From a virus (lineage: Duplodnaviria; Heunggongvirae; Uroviricota; Caudoviricetes): a stretch of 64,000 bases of DNA. Position 1 is the stretch's first letter. Each line of letters begins with the position of its first letter. The notes beneath the pieces are model-generated. The model saw nothing but the letters and a program-made list of their open reading frames with translations. It ran no database searches and was not told the DNA's origin. The stretch lies in the IMG/VR virus record IMGVR_UViG_2675903313_000009. One strand, given 5' to 3'. Position numbers and translations under genes: made by a program. Shown piece by piece: positions 47,378 to 56,746 of this stretch.

Positions 47378-48046
47378 ATGACCAAGATCTTTGTGGTTGG
47401 CGGCACAAAGGGCGGGCCTGGCAAATCCACCGTTGCCCAGCAAATTGCCGTTTGCCTGAAAGTCAAAAAGAAGAAGAAGGTTTATATTACCGATATAGAT
47501 ATTCAGCGCACGACAACGAGCTGGTGTGAAGACCGTCGACAGAACGAAGACCTTGAGCTGATTCCTTTTGCATACGTTCAGGATGACATCATTAAGCACC
47601 TAAAATCGCTTCAGGGTAGAGCTGAGTTTGTAGTGGTAGATGCTGGTGGCTTCGACTCCGAAATTCAGCGACAAGCGATGCTGATGGCTGACGTTATCAT
47701 TATCCCGCTGCGTCCTAAGCGTCGTGATTTGAAATCTTTACGTGACATCGATCCTATTATCGACAATGTTCGCAATGTAAACGATAAAGTGAAGGTCCGC
47801 GCGGTCATGAACCAGTGCCCGGCTTTGCCATCACAAGTGTCTCGCATTCTGGCGGCTAAAGAGATTGTTGAGACGTTTGGCATCGAGTCTGCGCCAGTCA
47901 ATCTATATAACCGCAACGTCTATGATGATGCGGAAGAGTCTGGTCGTTCTATCTTTGAAATGACCGGTAGCGAGCGCGACAAAAAGGCGGAAGCCGAGTT
48001 TGAAGAATTTGTAGATTATCTGTTGAGTCTGGAGGAAGAAGAATAA
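47378..48046 (+). CDS. parA: ParA/MinD-family partition ATPase
   Basis: Deviant Walker A GGTKGGPGKST; 222 aa. Confidence 0.85.
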   Translation: MTKIFVVGGTKGGPGKSTVAQQIAVCLKVKKKKKVYITDIDIQRTTTSWCEDRRQNEDLELIPFAYVQDDIIKHLKSLQGRAEFVVVDAGGFDSEIQRQAMLMADVIIIPLRPKRRDLKSLRDIDPIIDNVRNVNDKVKVRAVMNQCPALPSQVSRILAAKEIVETFGIESAPVNLYNRNVYDDAEESGRSIFEMTGSERDKKAEAEFEEFVDYLLSLEEEE

Positions 48047-48405
48047 TGTCCATGAAAATGGGTGACCTAGCAAAGCGCAAAGAGCCTGATGCACCGGCTA
48101 AGAACACAACTCCTTTGCGCCAACCAGTCAGACCACAGGGACGCCCGACTCGTGGCAAAGAGAAAATTAAAAGCCGCACAATGTCACTGGAGGACGAATA
48201 CTTCGAACTGCTGGAGATGATGAAGTTCATCCCTCGCTTCGAGAAGTTCACTCGTTCTGACGTGATTCGTGCTGCTATTTTCCATCTTGCGGAGAAGACA
48301 CCGCAGGAAATCGAGGACATCGTGAAACTTAACGAGGCGATCACAGCTGCCGATGTCACGATGCGTACCGATGAAATCAAACGCGAGTTGATGAAGAAAG
48401 GTTAA
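48046..48405 (+). CDS. Small partition partner (ParG/ParB-like centromere-binding candidate)
   Basis: 119-aa basic protein coupled to parA (ATGTCC overlapping stop). Confidence 0.5.
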   Translation: MSMKMGDLAKRKEPDAPAKNTTPLRQPVRPQGRPTRGKEKIKSRTMSLEDEYFELLEMMKFIPRFEKFTRSDVIRAAIFHLAEKTPQEIEDIVKLNEAITAADVTMRTDEIKRELMKKG

Positions 48406-48412
48406 TTTTATT

Positions 48413-48437
48413 GAGGTGCTGCTTGGCACCTCTTTCT
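48413..48437 (+). terminator. Terminator after partition operon
   Basis: Stem gaggtgc/gcacctc then TTTCT. Confidence 0.65.
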
Positions 48438-48449
48438 ATAGGTTCCCTA

Positions 48450-49169
48450 ATGCTCTACAAATATATTGGAAGTGAAGATTCGCAAAAAGTGTTACGTAAC
48501 CTCAAACGGTTTGTAGAGGACGGCACTATCTCTGCTAGCGCACCTTCTTCATTCAACGACCCATCAGAGTTCAAAGTTTCGATAACGATGGGAGGTACAG
48601 AAGTGGAGCACCGGAAACACTTTGAAGACAATGGATGTAAGGATTTTTCCTTTGAAGACTGGGATGCTGTAGCTCCTGAAGCTGCAAAATCGTTGGCTGT
48701 GGATTTGCGGAAAGAATCATTAGGGGCTTTTGGTGTGGTGTGCTTGTCACCAAACGAAGATAACATCTTGATGTGGTCACATTACTCAGTGTCGCATAAA
48801 GGTTTCTGCATAGGCTTTGATGATGATTTTGTTACCTCTATTGAGGGGTATCACAGCTTTGATAATGTGAAATATATACCTTCTGTTCCCGTGTTCGATG
48901 AAGTTACAGATGAGTTTAAGGTACTTTTTGATAAGCTCTTTTTCTACAAGCACGAATGCTGGAAATATGAGGAAGAACAAAGGGTTATTACTAAAAAAAT
49001 AGGCGCTCAGGCATTTGATAAGAAATATATTAGAGAGATCATTCTTGGACATAACGTTTCTCCTGAAGTAGAAGAATATGCCCGGACACAGCTAGACACG
49101 AGCATCGAGGTTTACAAAATGAGTACACCTGATGATGGTTATCTTCTTGTCAAAGAAAAGCTGAAGTAG
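48450..49169 (+). CDS. DUF2971-like protein
   Basis: N-terminal LYKYIGSED and FNDPSEF, later MWSHY; recalled as DUF2971 hallmarks, not verified. Confidence 0.5.
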   Translation: MLYKYIGSEDSQKVLRNLKRFVEDGTISASAPSSFNDPSEFKVSITMGGTEVEHRKHFEDNGCKDFSFEDWDAVAPEAAKSLAVDLRKESLGAFGVVCLSPNEDNILMWSHYSVSHKGFCIGFDDDFVTSIEGYHSFDNVKYIPSVPVFDEVTDEFKVLFDKLFFYKHECWKYEEEQRVITKKIGAQAFDKKYIREIILGHNVSPEVEEYARTQLDTSIEVYKMSTPDDGYLLVKEKLK

Positions 49170-49235
49170 CTCCAGACTTTCCTCAAATGATTATGTTGGG
49201 CGCTTTTCTTATTGAACTGGTTAGTGAGGCTAATA

Positions 49236-50408
49236 ATGGATTTGTTCTCAACCAAAATAGCAAAAAACAAGCTGCACGAATCTTTTAAACAGATTTATCA
49301 AGATAATACATATGCTCCAGTAAGAGAAGTGATACAGTCGTGGGGGCGTGGGTTACTGGAGCGTAGCGGTGAGCAGACTAAATTCGTTAAAGAGTTTCAG
49401 ACAACCTTCAATTCCGCCTTATGGGAATTGTATCTGAACGAAATGTTTATTCGTCTCGATTATTCTGTCGACTACACAAAAGACAGTCCCGATTTCTGTG
49501 TTACTACACCGTCAGGCTACCAGTTTAACGTCGAAGCTGTGATATCAGATCGGCCACATAATCCACCTGCAGGTGTTCTTTTTAGCGAATCAAAATTCAA
49601 ACATCAATCAACGCTAAAATTAATCGGAAAAATCAAAGACAAACATGATCTTTTTACAGGAGTTAATGGCAAAAAATTCCCGTACTCTACGATGTCTCAT
49701 GTAGTTAATAAGCCGTTTGTTCTGGCGCTTGCACCCTTTGACTCCGATTTATCATTGTCTCAAAATAACACAATCATCAATCGAGTGTTGTTTGGCATTG
49801 AGGAACCTACCACCAGAAATTTGGTGACTGGCAGCCAAACTAAAGTTACCTCAATCAAAAAGAATGAAGACGTTGAAATTCCATTAGGTATATTTACTAA
49901 CGACTCATATAAAGAAATAAGTGCGGTTATTTTCTCCACCACCGGCACTTTTGGAAAAGCCGTGGTTCAAAGCGGTATCGGTAGATATGTAAGGTCAACA
50001 CGATATCGAGCCATTGATGTGAATGATTTCATCGCCAATGAAGGGATGAAAAACGAGGGAAAGCACACACAAAGGATAGGACCTGATCATTTCATCACTA
50101 CATATCGGCATTTTTTAAATAACGAAGTCACTGGTGCGGATATTGTAGTTTGTCATTCCACTGCTCATGAAGAGACGCACTTTGACGGCCTTCATATTTA
50201 CTACAATCCTTTTGCGACAGTGCCACTGGACAGAAATATTTTCTTCCCCCCAGAGATAACTCATAATTTTTACGATATGGAAAAAGAACAGTCTGTTCAG
50301 AATCATCCTGATGGAGCGCTGGTATCTAGACAGGTTTTTGAACCAACTAGAGCACATTTTAGGTATATCATGAAACATTGGTTTCCAGGCTTTCTAAAAG
50401 ATGTTTAA
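49236..50408 (+). CDS. Hypothetical 390-aa protein, partner of DUF2971-like gene
   Basis: GTGAGG RBS; no recognisable motifs; lower GC than neighbours. Confidence 0.55.
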   Translation: MDLFSTKIAKNKLHESFKQIYQDNTYAPVREVIQSWGRGLLERSGEQTKFVKEFQTTFNSALWELYLNEMFIRLDYSVDYTKDSPDFCVTTPSGYQFNVEAVISDRPHNPPAGVLFSESKFKHQSTLKLIGKIKDKHDLFTGVNGKKFPYSTMSHVVNKPFVLALAPFDSDLSLSQNNTIINRVLFGIEEPTTRNLVTGSQTKVTSIKKNEDVEIPLGIFTNDSYKEISAVIFSTTGTFGKAVVQSGIGRYVRSTRYRAIDVNDFIANEGMKNEGKHTQRIGPDHFITTYRHFLNNEVTGADIVVCHSTAHEETHFDGLHIYYNPFATVPLDRNIFFPPEITHNFYDMEKEQSVQNHPDGALVSRQVFEPTRAHFRYIMKHWFPGFLKDV

Positions 50409-50432
50409 GCATCCTGCTGGTTGAATTTGGAA

Positions 50433-50486
50433 CCTGCTTCTGTATATAAATACTAAGTTACTTATTATTATTTATACGGAAGCAGG
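50433..50486. repeat. 54-bp AT-rich near-palindrome with GC clamps (copy 2)
   Basis: About 85% identical to 16705..16761; followed by TCTTTTT. Confidence 0.7.
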
Positions 50487-50572
50487 TCTTTTTCTATGCC
50501 AACTTCCCAGACACATTCCCTTCCGTTTCCACTTCCAAAAACTGCCACCAGTCGCTATCATCCGCTCATTGC

Positions 50573-50594
50573 AATAAGTAAGTAACTACCTATC
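50573..50594. promoter_or_regulatory. TAAGTAAGTA / GATAGGTA motif copy (inverted orientation)
   Basis: aataagtaagtaactacctatc. Confidence 0.35.
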
Positions 50595-50605
50595 TGGTGA
50601 GCCAC

Positions 50606-51346
50606 ATGAGCCAAATCTTTTTTGATACCATTGACAACGACCAGTACGACTTCATGACAGAGTGGAATACCGCTGTTATGGACAAGTGGGTCGCTGAAAA
50701 CATTGGTTTGTCGCGCTGCAAAGACGAGGCTGAACTCTTCGAGACGAAGTGGTTTGATTACCGCGATATGCATCCTCTCATGGCCACCTGTCTGTTTACG
50801 GAGGCGTACAAACGTCAGTACTCAAATATCATGCTGACGCACGGTCGCGAACACTTTGAAACAGCTCCGTTCACCACCGGGTTAAAACGCCTGCCTTATC
50901 AGGAGTTGTCGACTGCCAATAAAACGTCGCTATGGAAAGCACGCCAGTTTGCTGATCGCTATTGCTGTTCATACGACTACTTTATCTCCACGGTTCTTTC
51001 CGCAGCTGCACGGCGTCTGTGGGACAAGTTGCCGCGCCCACAGCATTTATGGCAGCCAGAACTGGTTGAGATATTCGAAGAGAAATTATCCAGACGCGCA
51101 ACAACCCGTCTGGATGACTCTCTGGTTAGCTTTAAGCATATGGGAGACATGCAGTTCAACCCGATTCAGGAAAGCTATTTTGAGTGGATTCTGGAGCGTT
51201 TGCGCATCATCCCCCGCAGCAAGCGCATACGCGCAATTTTCTCTGCTATCTGGCTAATGGAAATCGTTCCAGAGCGCCTTATTTCCGCCCACTTTCCAGA
51301 AGAACTGGAAGAAGCACGGCGGTTTATTGATCCCCTATCTAATTAA
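50606..51346 (+). CDS. Hypothetical protein (possible replication initiation or helicase loader, by position)
   Basis: ORF immediately upstream of DnaB-like helicase. Confidence 0.45.
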   Translation: MSQIFFDTIDNDQYDFMTEWNTAVMDKWVAENIGLSRCKDEAELFETKWFDYRDMHPLMATCLFTEAYKRQYSNIMLTHGREHFETAPFTTGLKRLPYQELSTANKTSLWKARQFADRYCCSYDYFISTVLSAAARRLWDKLPRPQHLWQPELVEIFEEKLSRRATTRLDDSLVSFKHMGDMQFNPIQESYFEWILERLRIIPRSKRIRAIFSAIWLMEIVPERLISAHFPEELEEARRFIDPLSN

Positions 51347-51353
51347 CTAATAC

Positions 51354-51378
51354 TAGAAAACAATTTGTTTAAAAAACA
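51354..51378 (+). promoter_or_regulatory. Early operator motif copy upstream of helicase
   Basis: ctagaaaacaatttgtttaaaaaac. Confidence 0.5.
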
Positions 51379-51389
51379 AAGGAAAGCAC

Positions 51390-52730
51390 ATGACCGAACT
51401 TTGCCATACAGGACGCGGGCTGTCCGAAGAGTTTGATGAAGATTTCCAGAACAGACTGACGGCATATTTTTGTCGTGATCACGAGTTTCTTACTCGTGCG
51501 GGAGATCTGGTTGTGCCTAGCCAATTTGCCAATGCGGCCAATGCCATATTGGTTAATATGGTTTCGGGCTATTACCGTATGTACAAGAGCGCGCCTTCTT
51601 CATCTGCGATTCTGGATATGCTTAAGCGCGCGAAACGCGATAAGACCATCCGTGAGGAACTCTTCCCGGATGTTGTTGCTGCGTTTAAGCGCATCCTTGC
51701 AGAAAAATTGTCTGATACCACGTACATGGTTGACCAGGTATCCACATTCGCAAAAAGTGTAGCGTTTGATGATGCTCTGATTAAAGCTGCTGAACTGAAA
51801 GAGAAGGGCGACTTTCAGGGGGCGATGGCAATCATGGCCAAGGTTCAGCAGATAGGCTCGAACGAAGCGACCGGAATCTATGACTACTACACCTCCGCAA
51901 GTGAGCGATTGAAAGCGCGTGAATATGAGGCTTCAGAGGAGTATGTGCCAAACAGCATTACAACTGGACTCCCTCTGCTCGATAGGTTGCTGTACCAAAA
52001 AGGCTGGGCGAAGCGTGAAATGGTGCTCTTCATGGGGTTCGCTAAATCCGGCAAATCGACCGCAATGGGTGAGTTTTCCATAAACGCAACGCTTGCTGGC
52101 TACAATGTTCTGTATCTCTCGCTGGAGGTTCACACCACCATTTTATCCGACCGTTTTGATGCAAGATTGTCGGAGACAGAAATGTCCAAGCTGGTGGAAC
52201 GGCGCGATGAGGTTCATCGTAAGTTGGCAGAGTTGGGAGCCACGAAGGGGATTGGTAGTTTGTGGGTGGTTGAGCGTCCGTCAGGAAGTATGTCACCGGC
52301 AGATCTGGACCGTATGCTTAACAGCATGAAAGCCAACGGCATGGTGCCTGACATGGTTGTTGTCGACTACGCAGATTTGATGCGTGCCAGTTATGACCTT
52401 CGTGATGATCGCGCCAACATTCGTAGTATCTACACCGATTTACGTGCTCTTTATGACAAGCATAACGTTGCTGGGATTACGGCATCGCAGACAAACCGTG
52501 AAGGTGGCGCGTCAGAAGTTGCCACAATGATGCACGCTGCCGACAACATCGAAAAAGTACGTATTGCTGACCTGGTAATAACGATCAACAAAACCGAAGA
52601 AGAAGAAGCGAAAGGAGAGGCTCGTCTCTACTTTGCTGGTTCACGTAACCAGCAGGGAGGGATCAGCATTCGCGTTAAACAAAACCTCGAACAAATGCGC
52701 TTCATTGAGCGAATCTTAGACGTTACCTAA
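51390..52730 (+). CDS. DnaB-like replicative helicase
   Basis: Walker A GFAKSGKST, Walker B MVVVDYADLM; 446 aa. Confidence 0.8.
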   Translation: MTELCHTGRGLSEEFDEDFQNRLTAYFCRDHEFLTRAGDLVVPSQFANAANAILVNMVSGYYRMYKSAPSSSAILDMLKRAKRDKTIREELFPDVVAAFKRILAEKLSDTTYMVDQVSTFAKSVAFDDALIKAAELKEKGDFQGAMAIMAKVQQIGSNEATGIYDYYTSASERLKAREYEASEEYVPNSITTGLPLLDRLLYQKGWAKREMVLFMGFAKSGKSTAMGEFSINATLAGYNVLYLSLEVHTTILSDRFDARLSETEMSKLVERRDEVHRKLAELGATKGIGSLWVVERPSGSMSPADLDRMLNSMKANGMVPDMVVVDYADLMRASYDLRDDRANIRSIYTDLRALYDKHNVAGITASQTNREGGASEVATMMHAADNIEKVRIADLVITINKTEEEEAKGEARLYFAGSRNQQGGISIRVKQNLEQMRFIERILDVT

Positions 52731-52736
52731 AAAATA

Positions 52737-52759
52737 AGCGTGGAGAACACCTCCACGCT
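52737..52759 (+). terminator. Hairpin after helicase gene
   Basis: Stem agcgtggag/ctccacgct. Confidence 0.45.
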
Positions 52760-52877
52760 TGATTCATTGGTGAAACAACTTTTCTTTTGCCAAACCACAA
52801 AAGAAAAACACATGAACCTTTATATTATATCAACATTTAGGTTGGTCACAATATTGCCTATTAAAAGTGGAATTATC

Positions 52878-53993
52878 GTGAGCGAGCTGAAAGAGCTAAT
52901 TACCGAATTAGATTTTGAACAATGGTTGGACACTGAAGGTATCGTTTATCGACGTGGAGGCGTGAGTGCTCGCGGTCGTGAAGTGAATATCAAGGAGTGT
53001 CCGGTATGTGGCAGCTCCAACTGGAAGGTATATTTCAATCTGACCAGTGGCGTCGGCAAATGCTTTGCTGGTGATCATCCCGAAGAGATTCAGTTCAATA
53101 AGCTGATCTTCCTCAAGCACTACAGCGGTAAATCACGACGACAGTTCGAGGAATATGTGCAGAACGCGCTGATCTCACAAGGATGGGCGCCGAAGAAGGA
53201 AGAGGTCGTGCTGGCCAGCAAGGTTGAACTCGAAGGGCCAGTAGCTCTCCCTCGACATTACGAACTCCCCATTGACGGTCGTCTTCCTGATTATCTGGTG
53301 GAGCGCCATATCTCCCCGGATCTGGCCAAATACTTTGATCTGCGTTACTGCGTCGAAGGCAAGCACGCATACGTCGATCCGTACACAGACCAGGTCAAAG
53401 GGCAGGTGTTTGATATGCGCATCCTGATACCGGTTTACGATCTGGATGGCGTGATGAAGACCTTCCAGGGGCGTGACATTACCGGTGCAGCAGAACGTCG
53501 CTACCTCTTTCCTATGCAGCTTCCAGCTTCAGGTAGGTTTCTCTACAACGGCCATAATGCAGTCGGCAAACAGACTGTAGTTGTCTGTGAGGGGGCGTTC
53601 GATGTTATGGGGGTCAAACGAGCTATTTTTGACGAAGAAACATTACGTGATTACGTGGAACCAATAGGAACGTTCGGGATGCATCTATCTGGTAACACCA
53701 CTCAGGATGCAGAAGATCAGCTGGGCGCGTTCCTGACGCTCAAGGCGCGTGGGCTACGTAATGTGATTATGATGTGGGATAGTGAAAAGCAGGCTATACG
53801 CAACACTATGGCCGCAGCCAGGCGACTGAGCAGTATTGGTCTTAATGTGAAAATTGCATGTTTGGGCGAGGAAGGACTCGACCCCGGCGATGCGACCCCG
53901 GGGCAGATTATCAAAGCCTACTATTGCGCAAAACCTTACTCACGACAGCTTGAACTTTTAAGCAAGGTAAAAGGCATAGCTGCATTAGTTTGA
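52878..53993 (+). CDS. DNA primase (zinc-finger plus TOPRIM)
   Basis: CPVCGSS..CFAGDH zinc-binding motif; TOPRIM-like VVVCEGAFDVMG; start codon uncertain. Confidence 0.75.
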   Translation: MSELKELITELDFEQWLDTEGIVYRRGGVSARGREVNIKECPVCGSSNWKVYFNLTSGVGKCFAGDHPEEIQFNKLIFLKHYSGKSRRQFEEYVQNALISQGWAPKKEEVVLASKVELEGPVALPRHYELPIDGRLPDYLVERHISPDLAKYFDLRYCVEGKHAYVDPYTDQVKGQVFDMRILIPVYDLDGVMKTFQGRDITGAAERRYLFPMQLPASGRFLYNGHNAVGKQTVVVCEGAFDVMGVKRAIFDEETLRDYVEPIGTFGMHLSGNTTQDAEDQLGAFLTLKARGLRNVIMMWDSEKQAIRNTMAAARRLSSIGLNVKIACLGEEGLDPGDATPGQIIKAYYCAKPYSRQLELLSKVKGIAALV

Positions 53994-55130
53994 ACCAGTA
54001 TTAGTCACATACACATTGACCGAAAATGATTTAACTTCAGTATTGAAGTTGTCAGTCATTACCGCGAGGTAGGCATTTTTGGTATCTCTGAATTGCTTCA
54101 GGATGATTTGAACGTTATCTGTGCAAACAAACGAGGTAGCCAGATTGCCTCCTTTCTCTGAAAAATCCTTCAGGAATGTGCAGTCAACTTTGCCATCATT
54201 AGCGGTGAAGGTAGCATCATCACCCTGCCAGGTAAATGTAGCGTTAACGCCCTTATCAATGGATTTAGCAATAAGTCGCTGGGTGGCGGATTTTGTTTTG
54301 GCTTTGGAAGCCGGCGCTCGATATTTGCCGCTTTCTTTCAGTTCTGCAATGTAATCGCAGCCTCTTTTTTCTCCTTTATCGCAAGCAGTCTGATAAAGGT
54401 CGGCTGCTTTTTTATAGTCCTTTTTTACACCTTCCCCATTCTCATACATAATGCCAAGATTGGTTATGGCGTCGGCGTTTCCAAGTTCCGCTGCCTTTTT
54501 ATACCACTTAACTGCTTCTGCATCATTGCGTTTAACGCCTAACCCATCATCGTATAGTATTCCTAATCCTATCATAGCTTCTGAACTGCCTTGGTCTGCC
54601 GCCTTTTTGTAATAAGTAAAAGCCTTTTTATAATTCTTTTTAACGCCTTTACCATATTGGTAATACGCCCCAAGAACTGAAGTTGCTTTAACATACCCGG
54701 CATCAGAGGCTAGTTTGAAGTATTTAATGGCGAGTGCATGATCTACTTTACCAAGCAACCCCTTTTGATAAATAGCACCAAGATTGTTGTAGGCTCTACC
54801 TTCACGAGCATCCCCCGCAAGTTTGTAGTACTCAACAGCTTTATTTAGGTCTTTATCTACACCCTCGCCAAATGTGTACATAACCCCAAGTGCATAATAT
54901 GCTACTTTGTCTCCCTTTTCTGCAGCGAGATCAATCCACTTCTTGGCCTCAACTACATCCTTATCAAAACCATTGATACCATCAAAATAATTTGTCCCTA
55001 ACTCACTTTGTGCTGCGGTATCCCCTGCGGTAGCGGCTTCTATCAGCGTTTGTTTATTGTCTGCGTTAACGAATCCAGAGCTAAAAAGCAAAGTTAATGC
55101 CAGCAACGATGAAGATTTTATGTATTTCAT
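53985..55130 (-). CDS. Secreted Sel1-like repeat protein
   Basis: Signal peptide MKYIKSSSLLALTLLFSSGFVNA; about 7 Sel1-type repeats; C-terminal ~120 aa unassigned. Confidence 0.8.
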   Translation of the reverse strand: MKYIKSSSLLALTLLFSSGFVNADNKQTLIEAATAGDTAAQSELGTNYFDGINGFDKDVVEAKKWIDLAAEKGDKVAYYALGVMYTFGEGVDKDLNKAVEYYKLAGDAREGRAYNNLGAIYQKGLLGKVDHALAIKYFKLASDAGYVKATSVLGAYYQYGKGVKKNYKKAFTYYKKAADQGSSEAMIGLGILYDDGLGVKRNDAEAVKWYKKAAELGNADAITNLGIMYENGEGVKKDYKKAADLYQTACDKGEKRGCDYIAELKESGKYRAPASKAKTKSATQRLIAKSIDKGVNATFTWQGDDATFTANDGKVDCTFLKDFSEKGGNLATSFVCTDNVQIILKQFRDTKNAYLAVMTDNFNTEVKSFSVNVYVTNTGSN

Positions 55131-55363
55131 ATTTTTTGTTCTGTTGATATAGGATGAACAGTTTAGACGCGGCAAGCGTCAAGTGTGCGAAAAAGGGTAC
55201 TTAAATTTAGTTAATATGTCAGCTTTGTTGATTTAGTTTATGGTCGGTAAAGTTACTAGGAAACTAATAACCATAAGAAATAGTACGCCATTTAATTATT
55301 GTGGCACTGCTCGTGTTTTGATTAACTAATACCTGCGATAAATATAAATAAAGGGAAGCCAAC

Positions 55364-55777
55364 ATGAGCAAAAATAAGCTGATTTTAACAGGAGCTTTAT
55401 TGTCTTTGTTTGCTTTAGTGGGGTGTAAGCCTACAGACGAGAAGGCTATTGCTCTGGGCCAACAAGCAATTGCGGATGATATGAAAGATCCCACGTCGGT
55501 GATGTTTAGGAAAGATAAGTTTGTCAGGACTGATCATGACGATGGGAGTGTGACAGGCTTTGTGTGCGGAGAATTGAACGCCAAAAATGGCTTTGGTGCA
55601 TACGTGGGCTATCACTCATATGTTGTTGAACTCGAAATGAAGCCAAAGGGCATGTTTTCGAAAGGGGTGGTATACAAAATCCTATCGAAGTCGTTGGCAC
55701 CTAATGATCCTCATGACTTACAGCGTTATAAGCAGGTCTACAGAAAGATGTGCAACAGTGAGGCTGTAGCTCATTAA
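55364..55777 (+). CDS. Lipoprotein
   Basis: Lipobox LVGC in N-terminal signal peptide. Confidence 0.65.
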   Translation: MSKNKLILTGALLSLFALVGCKPTDEKAIALGQQAIADDMKDPTSVMFRKDKFVRTDHDDGSVTGFVCGELNAKNGFGAYVGYHSYVVELEMKPKGMFSKGVVYKILSKSLAPNDPHDLQRYKQVYRKMCNSEAVAH

Positions 55778-55783
55778 TGGTGA

Positions 55784-55815
55784 ATGCCGGGCAGACTATA
55801 AGCCCGGCATCTTCG
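55784..55815 (+). terminator. Hairpin terminator after lipoprotein gene
   Basis: Stem atgccgggc/gcccggcat. Confidence 0.6.
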
Positions 55816-55840
55816 TATAGGGAACTATTGCGCCTAAAAT

Positions 55841-55861
55841 GATAAGTAGATACATACTTAG
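55841..55861. promoter_or_regulatory. Palindromic GATAAGTA..TACTTA motif copy
   Basis: gataagtagatacatacttag. Confidence 0.4.
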
Positions 55862-55902
55862 TTTTTTGTAAGAATACTTTCATCTGTTAGCTAGGAGTTG
55901 GT

Positions 55903-56679
55903 ATGAAAGACGAAATTCAGAAATTGGCCTGTGACATCATTGATAAAACAGGTTTAGAAATCAGCGAGGGCAGTCGACTAGACATCATTGGAAAGGCCGT
56001 CAATACAGCAATGAATCATATCGCTGCTCGTATGGACGAGATCCCGCTACCAGGGTTGCCTTATCTGAAAGTTGAGTTACACGTATGGGGCGAACCTTCT
56101 TGTGCACGGCGTTCTGCATTAGTTGTTTTTATTAGCAAAGAAAACCCGCTCAGTCTTAAAGTGCAGGTTGGAGCATGGCTTGATGGCAGAGTGATCTACA
56201 CAAATACCGTTTTTTGTCTTTCAAACGACGAAACTATTGAAGCGGCCATTCAAGAAGCAGTTCTAGCAATGCGCAGCAGCGGTTTGATGAAGAATAACTA
56301 CGAAGAGTACTTGCGTTCGATAAGTGGTGAAAAGACATTATCTCTGAAAGCAGATTTCGTTACCCCGAAAAATCTGTTGGAAGTTTTGATTAATAAAGGG
56401 GCTAATAGTGCCGTAAATGTAATCAGAGAGAGTGAATACGCGTCTCTTTGGGATATGTGCAAAAGCCAGTTGGATCTTGTGCATATCGTTGTAGATGCGG
56501 GGAAGGCTTGTGATGGCGTAATGGCGGAATTTACTGGGAAGATGGTCAGGATTGCTAACGAATTACCGATGATTAAACAAGAGGCTAAATCATACGCCAC
56601 CAATCATGTCACAGAGCTTCTTGCCCCTTATCGCTTAGAAAGCGATCAGCGCAAGATGATTAGCTGGGGAAGTTGGTAA
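55903..56679 (+). CDS. Hypothetical protein
   Basis: 258-aa ORF. Confidence 0.5.
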   Translation: MKDEIQKLACDIIDKTGLEISEGSRLDIIGKAVNTAMNHIAARMDEIPLPGLPYLKVELHVWGEPSCARRSALVVFISKENPLSLKVQVGAWLDGRVIYTNTVFCLSNDETIEAAIQEAVLAMRSSGLMKNNYEEYLRSISGEKTLSLKADFVTPKNLLEVLINKGANSAVNVIRESEYASLWDMCKSQLDLVHIVVDAGKACDGVMAEFTGKMVRIANELPMIKQEAKSYATNHVTELLAPYRLESDQRKMISWGSW

Positions 56680-56746
56680 GCTCTCTGTGTGTCGTTTTTT
56701 ACGCAAACAATGATAGGTAAGCACAAGATTATTTCTGGCGGTAATT

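Noticed and set aside
52740-52877. N-terminal 46-codon extension of the primase ORF from GTG 52740
   Set aside because: It overlaps the hairpin after the helicase gene and would add an unusual leader; the start at 52878 gives the usual spacing to the zinc-binding motif. Start remains uncertain.
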